NCBI GenBank assembly: GCA_965197905.1
Contig: CBDAOB010000003.1
Location: 800,001 to 864,000 of the forward strand
Reading direction: 5' to 3'
Source: Candidatus Latescibacterota bacterium
GTDB lineage: Bacteria; Latescibacterota; UBA2968; UBA8231
DNA: 64,000 nt
Positions 17,609-25,660 of this stretch are shown here, piece by piece (positions within the stretch are counted from its first letter, which is position 1; each line of letters begins with the position of its first letter). Made by a program: the position numbers and the translations under genes. The notes under the pieces were generated by a model. The model was given only the letters and a program-made list of their open reading frames with translations. It was not told the DNA's origin and searched no databases.

Positions 17609-18724
17609 CTACGCCGTAGCCCTCGGGGCGTTGTGGCAATGGTGGCCCGCGTCTGACCGCAGGAAAGGCTCACACATCTCCTTCGGCAGTTCAGGCGCGC
17701 CCGGCAGGTAGAAGAGGTCGGCGAGGTAACGACCGTATTTGTCGCGTACGCTGGTGCAGACCACCATGAACGGTACCTGGCTCAAGGCTTCGCGCACGAA
17801 GTCGCGTGCCTGCTGGCCGGCACCGGAGTAGAGCTCGGGGGTGTCGATGCCGCGCAGGCGCAGACGTTCAGTGCGCCAGATGCGAAATCCGAGGTCGAGA
17901 CGGACGAGAAGGGTGTCGCCGTCGACGACGCGCTGGCACACTGCTTTGACGGTGTAGAGCTTGCGACCGCGGTGCCGATTGACGGCGAAGCGATAGGCGG
18001 GCGCGCTACCGCGCCGGTGTTTCTCGGCGGTGACGATCATGCCGGGTCTGGGATCGCCGATGCCGTCGACGGGTCCGCTCCAACTAGTGTTGAAGCCGAG
18101 ATCGACGACGAGGCCATCGGCCGTGTTCTGTTCGGGCATCGAGCGAATGAGGCGGTAGGTGTAGAGCTTGCCTTTGCGCGGTGTAGGGGAAGTGCTGTCA
18201 GTTTGGTCCAGCGGCCGGTAGGCGGCGGAGCCGATTTGGCGAGCGTCTGCGAAGAGATCGCTCTTTATCTGGTCTTTGAGCTGACGCACCGACCAGGACT
18301 CGTGGCTGGCGGCGCGCTCATAAAACTCACGCTGCTGTTGGGTCTCGAGCGGGATGATCTGGACATAATGGGACCAGGTCAAATGTGCAAACGTTTGCAC
18401 ATTTGGCATGCCGCGACGGAAGCGCAGCATGAGGTAAACCAATGTTTTGGCTAAGTTTAAGTCATCGGAGAGGCGGTCGAAGAAGGCTTCGCCGTAGGTG
18501 GTTTTGCCCTCGCTGGCGCGAAGATGCTCGTGAATGGCGTCGCCGATCTCCCAGTAGGTGCGGGCCAGGCGCCGGCCTCGGGTCTGGGTGCCGAGGTCCT
18601 TGCCGACGGCGAGGATGTCGTCGATGCCCTCGAGGAGGGCGCTGTAGGAATCGAAGAGCACGGCCTGATGGCTGGAGTTGGATGGGTCGCGCGGAACAAC
18701 GACAGGCGGGGAGCTGCGTCCCAC
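17609..18724 (-). CDS. DUF1016 (YhcG) N-terminal domain fused to a staphylococcal nuclease (SNase) domain; C-terminus probably truncated
   Basis: TYWEIG...YGEAFFDRLSDDL...LTWSHYVQII...REFYERAASHESWSVRQLKDQI; VVDGDT, RLRGIDTPE, DKYGRYLA. Confidence 0.82.
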   Translation of the reverse strand: MGRSSPPVVVPRDPSNSSHQAVLFDSYSALLEGIDDILAVGKDLGTQTRGRRLARTYWEIGDAIHEHLRASEGKTTYGEAFFDRLSDDLNLAKTLVYLMLRFRRGMPNVQTFAHLTWSHYVQIIPLETQQQREFYERAASHESWSVRQLKDQIKSDLFADARQIGSAAYRPLDQTDSTSPTPRKGKLYTYRLIRSMPEQNTADGLVVDLGFNTSWSGPVDGIGDPRPGMIVTAEKHRRGSAPAYRFAVNRHRGRKLYTVKAVCQRVVDGDTLLVRLDLGFRIWRTERLRLRGIDTPELYSGAGQQARDFVREALSQVPFMVVCTSVRDKYGRYLADLFYLPGAPELPKEMCEPFLRSDAGHHCHNAPRATA

Positions 18725-18751
18725 CGGTCTACATTATATGTATAGTCAACT
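18723..18751. other. AT-rich imperfect palindrome, possible recombination core site or operator
   Basis: ACCGGTCTACATTATATGTATAGTCAACT fills the whole gap between the dehydrogenase stop and the DUF1016-SNase start. Confidence 0.35.
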
Positions 18752-19722
18752 CAGGCAGGGTCCGGCGCGAGAATGGTCGGCGAACCCGCGTAATAGTTCA
18801 CCACATTGTCGATAGAGATGTCGTAGAGCCGGTCGGTGGCTTCCGGCGTGTTCCAAGCCACATGCGGGGTCAACACCACGTTATCCAGCTGCAGCAAAGG
18901 ATGGTCGGTGGGCGACGGCTCCTCCGGCAGGACATCCAAACCGGCTGCCGCCACATGCCCCGATTGCAGCAGTTCGGCCAGCGCCTCACCATCGATCAGA
19001 CCGCCTCTGGCACTGTTTACCACCAGTACCCCTTTCTTGGTTCGCGCCAGCTCCTCACGTCCCAAAAAACCCTCCGTTTCTGGTTTGTGTGCCAGATGCA
19101 TCGACAACACGTCGCTCTCCTCCAGAATCTCGTCCAGCGATACGAGCTCGAAGCCGGCTTCTTCGGCGCGCTCGGGGCTGGGATGAGGCGTCCAGGCGCG
19201 CACCTCCATGCCCAATCCCTGGGCCAGTCTGCCGAAGAGGACCGCGATCGTGCCGCATCCCAACAAACCCAATTTCTTCCGGTGCAGCTCGATGGCCGGC
19301 AAGGCGTGGTTCCAGTGTCCGTTGCGCACATCCCGGTCCAGGCGGGGAAGGTGACGGGCCGCACCCAGCATCAACGCGATAGCGTGTTCGGCGACGGTGG
19401 TCTCGGCCGCACCCGGGGCTATGCAAACAGTGATTCCTAGTTCCTTGGCCACGGCGAGATCTATGTAGGTGGACGCGCCCCGGCCGGTAAACGAGATCAC
19501 CTCCAGGTCCTTCGCCTGCCGCATCACATCGGCGGGGAACACGCACGGCCCGCCGATCATCATGGCGTGCGCTCCAAGCACCCGTTTCAGATATTCCTCG
19601 TCGCTCTCGGGATCGCCGTAGTGGATCGTGAACTCACCGAGGTCCTCGAGGCGCTGCCGCCGTGGGCCGACGAGGACCACGTCTACCTCGGGGCCGGCAT
19701 CCGCGAAAATCAGCTTTCTCAT
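18751..19722 (-). CDS. D-isomer-specific 2-hydroxyacid dehydrogenase
   Basis: TVAEHA, LGLLGCGTIA, VNSARGGLID, AAAGLDV..EEP, LTPHVAW. Confidence 0.93.
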   Translation of the reverse strand: MRKLIFADAGPEVDVVLVGPRRQRLEDLGEFTIHYGDPESDEEYLKRVLGAHAMMIGGPCVFPADVMRQAKDLEVISFTGRGASTYIDLAVAKELGITVCIAPGAAETTVAEHAIALMLGAARHLPRLDRDVRNGHWNHALPAIELHRKKLGLLGCGTIAVLFGRLAQGLGMEVRAWTPHPSPERAEEAGFELVSLDEILEESDVLSMHLAHKPETEGFLGREELARTKKGVLVVNSARGGLIDGEALAELLQSGHVAAAGLDVLPEEPSPTDHPLLQLDNVVLTPHVAWNTPEATDRLYDISIDNVVNYYAGSPTILAPDPA

Positions 19723-19784
19723 TTGAATTCCATTCCGTTTGGGAGCGCTCCCTTCGTGCAAGGGTCCGCGCCATTGCGTGGCAT

Positions 19785-19811
19785 GGTCGGTCTCGCTCTA
19801 CGAGGCCGACC
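19785..19811. terminator. Intergenic hairpin (terminator- or REP-like)
   Basis: GGTCGGTCTCG-CTCTA-CGAGGCCGACC, 11-bp stem with one G:T; no clear U-tract. Confidence 0.35.
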
Positions 19812-19894
19812 GCAGGGGGACGCCCGGTGTCGTTATTTCGGCCCCGGTTGCGCCTGACGCCGCCAGGTGCCGCTCGTCTGGTGCGATCAAGCCT

Positions 19895-20644
19895 TCAGGC
19901 GCCAACCGATTCGCCGAGGACCAGATCGTGAACAATGATCTCTTCGCGTCCCTCGCGATTCGCCTTCGCCAGCACCCTTCCCTCGCGATCGTAGATGACG
20001 CTGCCGCCGCTGGTGCTTACGGTCCAGGACATGCCGACGCGGTTAGCGGCCAGCATTGGAGCACCCAGGTCCCTGACCAGCTCCCCAAACTCGTCGAACT
20101 CGGGCATCGCGCGGCGATTGTTCGGGTAGAATACAACCTCAGGGCGCAGGTCCCGGATTCGCTGAAGGCAGCGGGGTGAGTCGCCGTCCGAACAAATGTA
20201 GCAGGTTGCCTGAACGCCATCTATTTCAAAAAGCGCGGGCCCGGTACCAGGATCGTAACGTGCCCATTCGTTGCGGAAACCGCGATCCCTGAGTTCCGGC
20301 CAGATCCAGGTCTTGCGGTAACAGTAGATCAACCCCTTCGGTCCGACGAAAACCTGGGACATGTAATAACGATCCCCATCGACCTCGGACAGGCCGAAGG
20401 CGATGACGCAGTCGAGCTCTCGCGCCAGCTCGATAAAGACGGTTGTGGATTCGCCGTCTGGAACCGATTCCGCGAACCGATCGGTATGCTCCGAATAATC
20501 GCAGAGGGCGCCCTCGTGAAACAGGATCCATCGTGCTCCGCTGGTGCGCGCCCGGCGGGCAAGCTGGACCATGCGGTCGCGGTTTCCGACTACGTCCTCC
20601 GGCTTTGCATCGAATTGCACTACGGCTACGCGGATGGTTGGCAT
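19895..20644 (-). CDS. Carbon-nitrogen hydrolase (nitrilase superfamily)
   Basis: Glu-Lys-Cys triad: FHEG, YRKT, ICSDG; ANRVG. Confidence 0.9.
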   Translation of the reverse strand: MPTIRVAVVQFDAKPEDVVGNRDRMVQLARRARTSGARWILFHEGALCDYSEHTDRFAESVPDGESTTVFIELARELDCVIAFGLSEVDGDRYYMSQVFVGPKGLIYCYRKTWIWPELRDRGFRNEWARYDPGTGPALFEIDGVQATCYICSDGDSPRCLQRIRDLRPEVVFYPNNRRAMPEFDEFGELVRDLGAPMLAANRVGMSWTVSTSGGSVIYDREGRVLAKANREGREEIIVHDLVLGESVGA

Positions 20645-20760
20645 CGCTCCACTCAATTCTAGGCACTCGACAAATGGAACGGCGCAGACGGCGGGATGTC
20701 AACGGCCCGCGCTACCGTCGGAGGTTTGGAAGGAGCCGTCGGTGCGCCGGCGGCCTCCGA

Positions 20761-21525
20761 TCAGGCGCAGTCGGCGTACTCGCGACCGCGCAGCAGCGGA
20801 TAGTGCGGCTTTTCGGCGGGATTCCCTACCCACTGAGAACGGGAGCTCATGTAATGGGTTGCCAGACCCCGACGATGTTGGTTGGTATTGTTGGGACCGG
20901 AGCGGTGGAGCAGAACACTGTGGTGGAAGGAGCAGCTCCCCGCCTTCATGGTGATCGGCACCTCGCGATTTCGGTCCAGCTTGTTGTCGGGCACCATCAT
21001 GTCCTTGCGGTCCCCGATAATCCACTCCTGGCTGTGATCGACGATGCCGTGCTTGTGGCTACCGGGAATGACCCAAAGGCAGCCGTTCTCTTTGGTGACG
21101 TCGTCCAGCGCGACCCAGCAGGTGATGATCGCCTTGGGCTCGATGGCGAAATAGGCCGAATCCTGGTGGTAGGTCTTCTCGGTGCCGCCGGGCGGTTTGA
21201 TGAACGCCTGATCACCGAACAGCTTGATGTCCGAGCCCAGCAAGGATTCGATAGCGTCGAGTATTGCCGGTTTGGAGGCGTGATCGACGAAAAACGGATC
21301 GTGATCGGCACAGCTGTTGATCTTGCGCAGGGTCATCATGCCGCGATTTTCCGTCGGGGTTCCCGGCTCCCACTCAAGCGATTCCTGCGGAAACGGCAAG
21401 CGCCCGTCGGCGATCTGCTTGGTGTGCTCTTTGAGCTCCTCCACCTGGGATGGGCTCAAGAGGTTCTCAACAACGAGGAAGCCTTGCTCTTCAAATTGGT
21501 CGACCTGCGATTGGGTAAGACTCAT
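20761..21525 (-). CDS. PhyH-family Fe/2OG oxygenase
   Basis: YHQDSAYF, ENGCLWVIPGSH, LLHRSGPN...RRG. Confidence 0.93.
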   Translation of the reverse strand: MSLTQSQVDQFEEQGFLVVENLLSPSQVEELKEHTKQIADGRLPFPQESLEWEPGTPTENRGMMTLRKINSCADHDPFFVDHASKPAILDAIESLLGSDIKLFGDQAFIKPPGGTEKTYHQDSAYFAIEPKAIITCWVALDDVTKENGCLWVIPGSHKHGIVDHSQEWIIGDRKDMMVPDNKLDRNREVPITMKAGSCSFHHSVLLHRSGPNNTNQHRRGLATHYMSSRSQWVGNPAEKPHYPLLRGREYADCA

Positions 21526-21539
21526 TGGATCATTCTCTC

Positions 21540-23045
21540 CTATTCCAACCAGAACGAATAAAGCCGCGCCTGCCTCAAAATAAACCGGATCTGCACCGGC
21601 TTGTCAGCGGGCGGTTTGGCATTCTCTTTCCAGGCCAAACGGTGGCGCAGGTGATCTCCGCTCATCGGATCGGTCTCGCCCCGGTGGGCCACGAAGCCGC
21701 GAATCGCCCCGAAGGTATCGGGTCCCACCGAGCCCTGGGGGTCGTCGGGCAGTCTCTCCGGATCCATGATCTCGGCATGGATCTCCCCCCAGCGCGCGTC
21801 GGCGTTGACGAACAGCTCTTCGCCGCGCCAGATGAACGGCTCGGTGATGATCCACCCGACCTTCTCCGCATCCATGGAGACGAACCGGTCCCGCGGCAGT
21901 TTGGCCAGCAATAGGGCGCTGGCATCGTCGAACATCGCCGGATCCACGTTCAGCCGGAAGAGCTCGCGGTTGCCGTCGTGTTTTTCATACATCTCGCGGC
22001 TCCCGGGCAGTCGAGAACCACAGTAATAGACCCAGATCTCGTCTTCGCGCACCACGGGCCGTCCGCAGGCGTAGACCTGATTGGTGTCGTAACTCGTCCC
22101 GTCCCAGGGCTGCACCGGCAGGAAAAGGGCGCGATCTGCTACCCGATGCCAGTTCTTCAGGTCGCGGGAGACAGCAAGCTCGGTCTGGTTGATGCGGGTG
22201 AAGTTCATGTGCGGAGGTGGAACGGCGCCGAAGGGATTGAAGATCAAGGGCAGACCGATGTAGATGCCTTCGTAGGGTAAGATCGGCATCATGTAGAGCT
22301 CGGCGATGTAATCCTCGTCATCGATGACCGCCGGTGTGATGTACGCCGGATTCTCGATGATTTTCCGCACTCGCTGGCGTCGGTTTTCCCAGTCGATCTC
22401 GTCGGTGGTGAGGATGAGCTCCGGTTTGCTGAACTGCCCGAACTTCTCGCAGGTGCTCAGCCAAACAGAGCGACCCCACCTCGTGCCCTGCTTCACCGTG
22501 GCCACGAACTGGCCGCTGCTCTCGTCGTAAATAAGGTGAGAGGTGTCGGCGCTGGGGATCGGCGGCACGTCCAGCATGGTCCAGTTGAAGCCATCCGGCG
22601 ACACCGCCGGTTGGCGCGGGCCGCCGCTGAACAGCGCCTTGTAGCGCCACTCCGGATTCTGCTCACGCTCATCGCGGAGGACGTGGTACAGCGTCTCGCC
22701 GTCCGGGGGCGCGGTCACGTTGTTCTTCTTGCCGCCCTGCCATTCGTAGACGCCAACAGACGGGGCGTCCCAGTGCACACCGTCTTCCGAAGTAATACGT
22801 CGGCAAACGGACCCATCCGGTCCATTGGACCAATACCACCATTCCCAAAGGTTCTTTCCCGAGTTCCACTGGGGGGCGGTAAAGCTTGCCGCGCTGGTCT
22901 CGCCGAGGCCGGGATCGGCTCGAACCACGGGTCCGCAGCGCTCGGGTTGATGCAGCGTGCGCTGGATGCCGTGGGTCCTCCATACGCCATGGTCGTCGAG
23001 GAAGAGTTGGCGGTGTTTTTTGGGATCGATCAGTTGGTCAGCCAT
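21540..23045 (-). CDS. Uncharacterised GH-like beta-propeller protein (no signal peptide), paralogue of 41499-42920
   Basis: RQLFLDD; SEDGVHW, SPDGFNW, SRDLKNW motifs; C-terminal IRFILRQARLYSFW; TGATG coupling to the upstream PhyH. Confidence 0.8.
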   Translation of the reverse strand: MADQLIDPKKHRQLFLDDHGVWRTHGIQRTLHQPERCGPVVRADPGLGETSAASFTAPQWNSGKNLWEWWYWSNGPDGSVCRRITSEDGVHWDAPSVGVYEWQGGKKNNVTAPPDGETLYHVLRDEREQNPEWRYKALFSGGPRQPAVSPDGFNWTMLDVPPIPSADTSHLIYDESSGQFVATVKQGTRWGRSVWLSTCEKFGQFSKPELILTTDEIDWENRRQRVRKIIENPAYITPAVIDDEDYIAELYMMPILPYEGIYIGLPLIFNPFGAVPPPHMNFTRINQTELAVSRDLKNWHRVADRALFLPVQPWDGTSYDTNQVYACGRPVVREDEIWVYYCGSRLPGSREMYEKHDGNRELFRLNVDPAMFDDASALLLAKLPRDRFVSMDAEKVGWIITEPFIWRGEELFVNADARWGEIHAEIMDPERLPDDPQGSVGPDTFGAIRGFVAHRGETDPMSGDHLRHRLAWKENAKPPADKPVQIRFILRQARLYSFWLE

Positions 23046-23863
23046 CAAGCGCTCAGCACCCTTTCCACCTGGGCGTCCCAGGTTCCTTCCACGCACTCGC
23101 CGTATTCCCGCTTCCCGCCGGTGGTTTCCGCACCGGTGAGGTGGACCGCTTTCCAGTGGTCCTTCGGGGGGACGTAGTCGGCGCGCAGGAAGTGCAGTGC
23201 TAAGCCGGCGCGGTCGGCTTCGGTGTTGTTCGCTTTGGTGCAATGGGCTGTGCCGAAATTGAAGAAAACTGCACCGCCGGCTTTGAGCACGATCGGTACC
23301 GCACGCTCCTCGGGCACCTGACAGGTGATGTGATGATCACTGCCCATGTCGCGGCCGTGCGCAAAAGACTCGCGGTAACTTCCGGGGACCACATGCAGCG
23401 TGCCGTTCTCGAGGGTGGCATCGTGTAAGGCAACCCACATGGCGGTGCCCTTGGACGGGTCGCTCACCTTGAAGTAGGCGTTGTCCTGATGCCAGCTGGT
23501 GCCACGGCCGGTCCGTGCCGGCTTGAAGAAGATCTGGTCCAGGTAGAAGACAAACGGATCGCCGATCAGTTGACCGACGGCGCTGACTACCTTCGGATGA
23601 AATTGCAGGGACCGGTAGAAATCGCTCTTCGGTGTTATGGGACATATCTGCCAGTTGAACTCGTCATCGGAATGGGATTCGCCGTCTCCTTCGGTCGCCA
23701 CGTTGCGAATCAGCCCTTCTTCGAAGAATCGGGCGAGTTCGGCGCGCATTGCAGCCAGCTCCCGTTCCTCGAAGAGTTTCTCGATGAAGGTGAATCCGTG
23801 CTTGCGAAACTGTTCCACGCGGTCAGTTGGCAAGATTTGGTTATCGACACTCAACGGCTTCAA
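23045..23863 (-). CDS. PhyH-family Fe/2OG oxygenase
   Basis: WHQDNAYF, ENGTLHVVPGS, TAHCTKAN...RAG. Confidence 0.92.
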   Translation of the reverse strand: MKPLSVDNQILPTDRVEQFRKHGFTFIEKLFEERELAAMRAELARFFEEGLIRNVATEGDGESHSDDEFNWQICPITPKSDFYRSLQFHPKVVSAVGQLIGDPFVFYLDQIFFKPARTGRGTSWHQDNAYFKVSDPSKGTAMWVALHDATLENGTLHVVPGSYRESFAHGRDMGSDHHITCQVPEERAVPIVLKAGGAVFFNFGTAHCTKANNTEADRAGLALHFLRADYVPPKDHWKAVHLTGAETTGGKREYGECVEGTWDAQVERVLSA

Positions 23864-23871
23864 TCCTTGCT

Positions 23872-25650
23872 TCAGCTAGCTGTGGTAAAGGTGGCGTCAT
23901 CCCCATAGGTCACGCCATGCTGATTTACGGCCACTAAACGATAGTGATAGGTGGTGTCAGGTTCCAAATCCGTCAAATTGTCCACTACCGTGCGCATGGT
24001 CTGCTGCAGGCCGGCGTAGGTTCCGGGAAGAGGGAGCTGCACCGCCTGCGGCGATTCGGCCAGCGGCCGCTTGCGGTGCACGGTGGCGACGGTAGCGTGT
24101 TCGAAGGGGGTGTCGCGGTAGTCGATATCCCGCCCGTATTGGAAGAAATAGTGGGTATAACATCCCATGGGGTTCATGCGGCCATCCAATTTTGCGGTCG
24201 TGGCCGTCATGCGGCTGGCGCCACCCGTAGTTGCAATCGGCTTGGGCGCAGCGGGAATCTGGAAGGTTCGCGGCTCTCCGTAGCTGGTGCCGAATTCGTT
24301 TTCGGCCACCAGGCGATAGTGGCAGGCAGAGCCCGGCGTCAAACCGCGGATCTCCGCCCCAACGTGCTGCTCGATATCATCGTGAGGCAGCTGCGCGCCG
24401 GACCCAAAAATCTCGATCTCGCCCAGTCCCCAATGGCGGTCGCGGTAGCCCGAGAGCAGGCGCACCTTCAGATAGCGCGCCGACGCCCGCAGTCCGCGCT
24501 CGAGCTTGTGAACCTGGTTGGGACCGTTTGGGTTGCTTTCCGGGACAGTCACTTGGGAACCAGAGAGGATGGGGCTGAATCGGTCTCCATCCTGCGAAAC
24601 CAGCACCTCTACACCTTTGGTCGGCCATTCGGTATGCTGGTGTAGCTGGATCGCTTCGACGATCACTTCGCGCTCGAAGCGGTAGACGAATTCCTGTGGG
24701 GACTTCGGGTTGACCGCGCTGCGCCACATTTTACCGTCGCCGAACCGCCAGCCATCGGTCAACGTCGCCGGATCGTCATCCGAGTCTTGCGGCCAACTGA
24801 TCAGCTCACCGCCGTTTCCCGGCTGGATCAGCGAGTGGTTGCAGTAGGTGATCTCCAACTCGTCGAAATCGACCGATCCGGTGGGCGGGTTCTCGGGATT
24901 AACGAAGTTCGACAGGAATATGATGTTGCAGTTGGCGTGGGCGAGGCACTGGTCGATGGGCCAGTACTCGTAGCGCACGGCGCTGGGTCCCTGCTGAATG
25001 CTGTTGTTGCCACCGTAGGACCAGGCGGTCGAGTCGTTGACCAGATCGAACTCTACCTTGTGCCACTCGCCGTCCATCAGATAATCGGTCAGTGGGTTGC
25101 CGCAATAGGCGTAGTTTGCCCGTCGCCAACCTGGATTGTTCAACAGCTCTATGTTGCTCTGGCACTGCAGCCAGAAGCCGAACTCGGATCCGTTCGGTTG
25201 CCAATCGTTGCCACGCAAATAAAGGGAGACATGGGCATCCCGCAGGTCTCCATCGCCGCCTCCAAGATGCAGCCCCAACTCGTTTAACGGCCCGGTCTCG
25301 ACGCCGGTCATCAGATGCAGCACCCCGGAGGCGTCGTGATTGAAGTCGTTGACCAGGGGTTGCTCGGTGAGTCGAAAGAACCCTGGCGAAGGTCCGCCTT
25401 CGGTCAGGTGCTCGTGGTTGCAACCGAAGTGGCTGTGCCAACCGGCCACTCCGTCGTCCCAGCTTTCGACGTAGTGCGCTGTTCGTCTAGCAGAGAGTGG
25501 AGTCGGTTCGGTGCGCCAGCCAAAGGTGTCGCTGGTGCCGTACTCGAAGTAATAGTGAGTGTGCTCCCCGTGGGGATGCACGACCCCGTTGGCCGTAAGA
25601 CCGGTGGTGCCGATGGCAGTGGCGGCGCCGGTGGTGGCGTCAGGCTTCAC
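23872..25650 (-). CDS. Hypothetical protein with Fn3-like repeats and a discoidin/F5-8C-like domain
   Basis: ATTG...THYYFEYG and YHYRLVAxNxxGxxYG motifs occur twice; LTDG...W...VSQDG..F...ARYLKVRLL...LGEIEIFG. Confidence 0.7.
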   Translation of the reverse strand: MKPDATTGAATAIGTTGLTANGVVHPHGEHTHYYFEYGTSDTFGWRTEPTPLSARRTAHYVESWDDGVAGWHSHFGCNHEHLTEGGPSPGFFRLTEQPLVNDFNHDASGVLHLMTGVETGPLNELGLHLGGGDGDLRDAHVSLYLRGNDWQPNGSEFGFWLQCQSNIELLNNPGWRRANYAYCGNPLTDYLMDGEWHKVEFDLVNDSTAWSYGGNNSIQQGPSAVRYEYWPIDQCLAHANCNIIFLSNFVNPENPPTGSVDFDELEITYCNHSLIQPGNGGELISWPQDSDDDPATLTDGWRFGDGKMWRSAVNPKSPQEFVYRFEREVIVEAIQLHQHTEWPTKGVEVLVSQDGDRFSPILSGSQVTVPESNPNGPNQVHKLERGLRASARYLKVRLLSGYRDRHWGLGEIEIFGSGAQLPHDDIEQHVGAEIRGLTPGSACHYRLVAENEFGTSYGEPRTFQIPAAPKPIATTGGASRMTATTAKLDGRMNPMGCYTHYFFQYGRDIDYRDTPFEHATVATVHRKRPLAESPQAVQLPLPGTYAGLQQTMRTVVDNLTDLEPDTTYHYRLVAVNQHGVTYGDDATFTTAS

Positions 25651-25660
25651 GTTACCCGGC

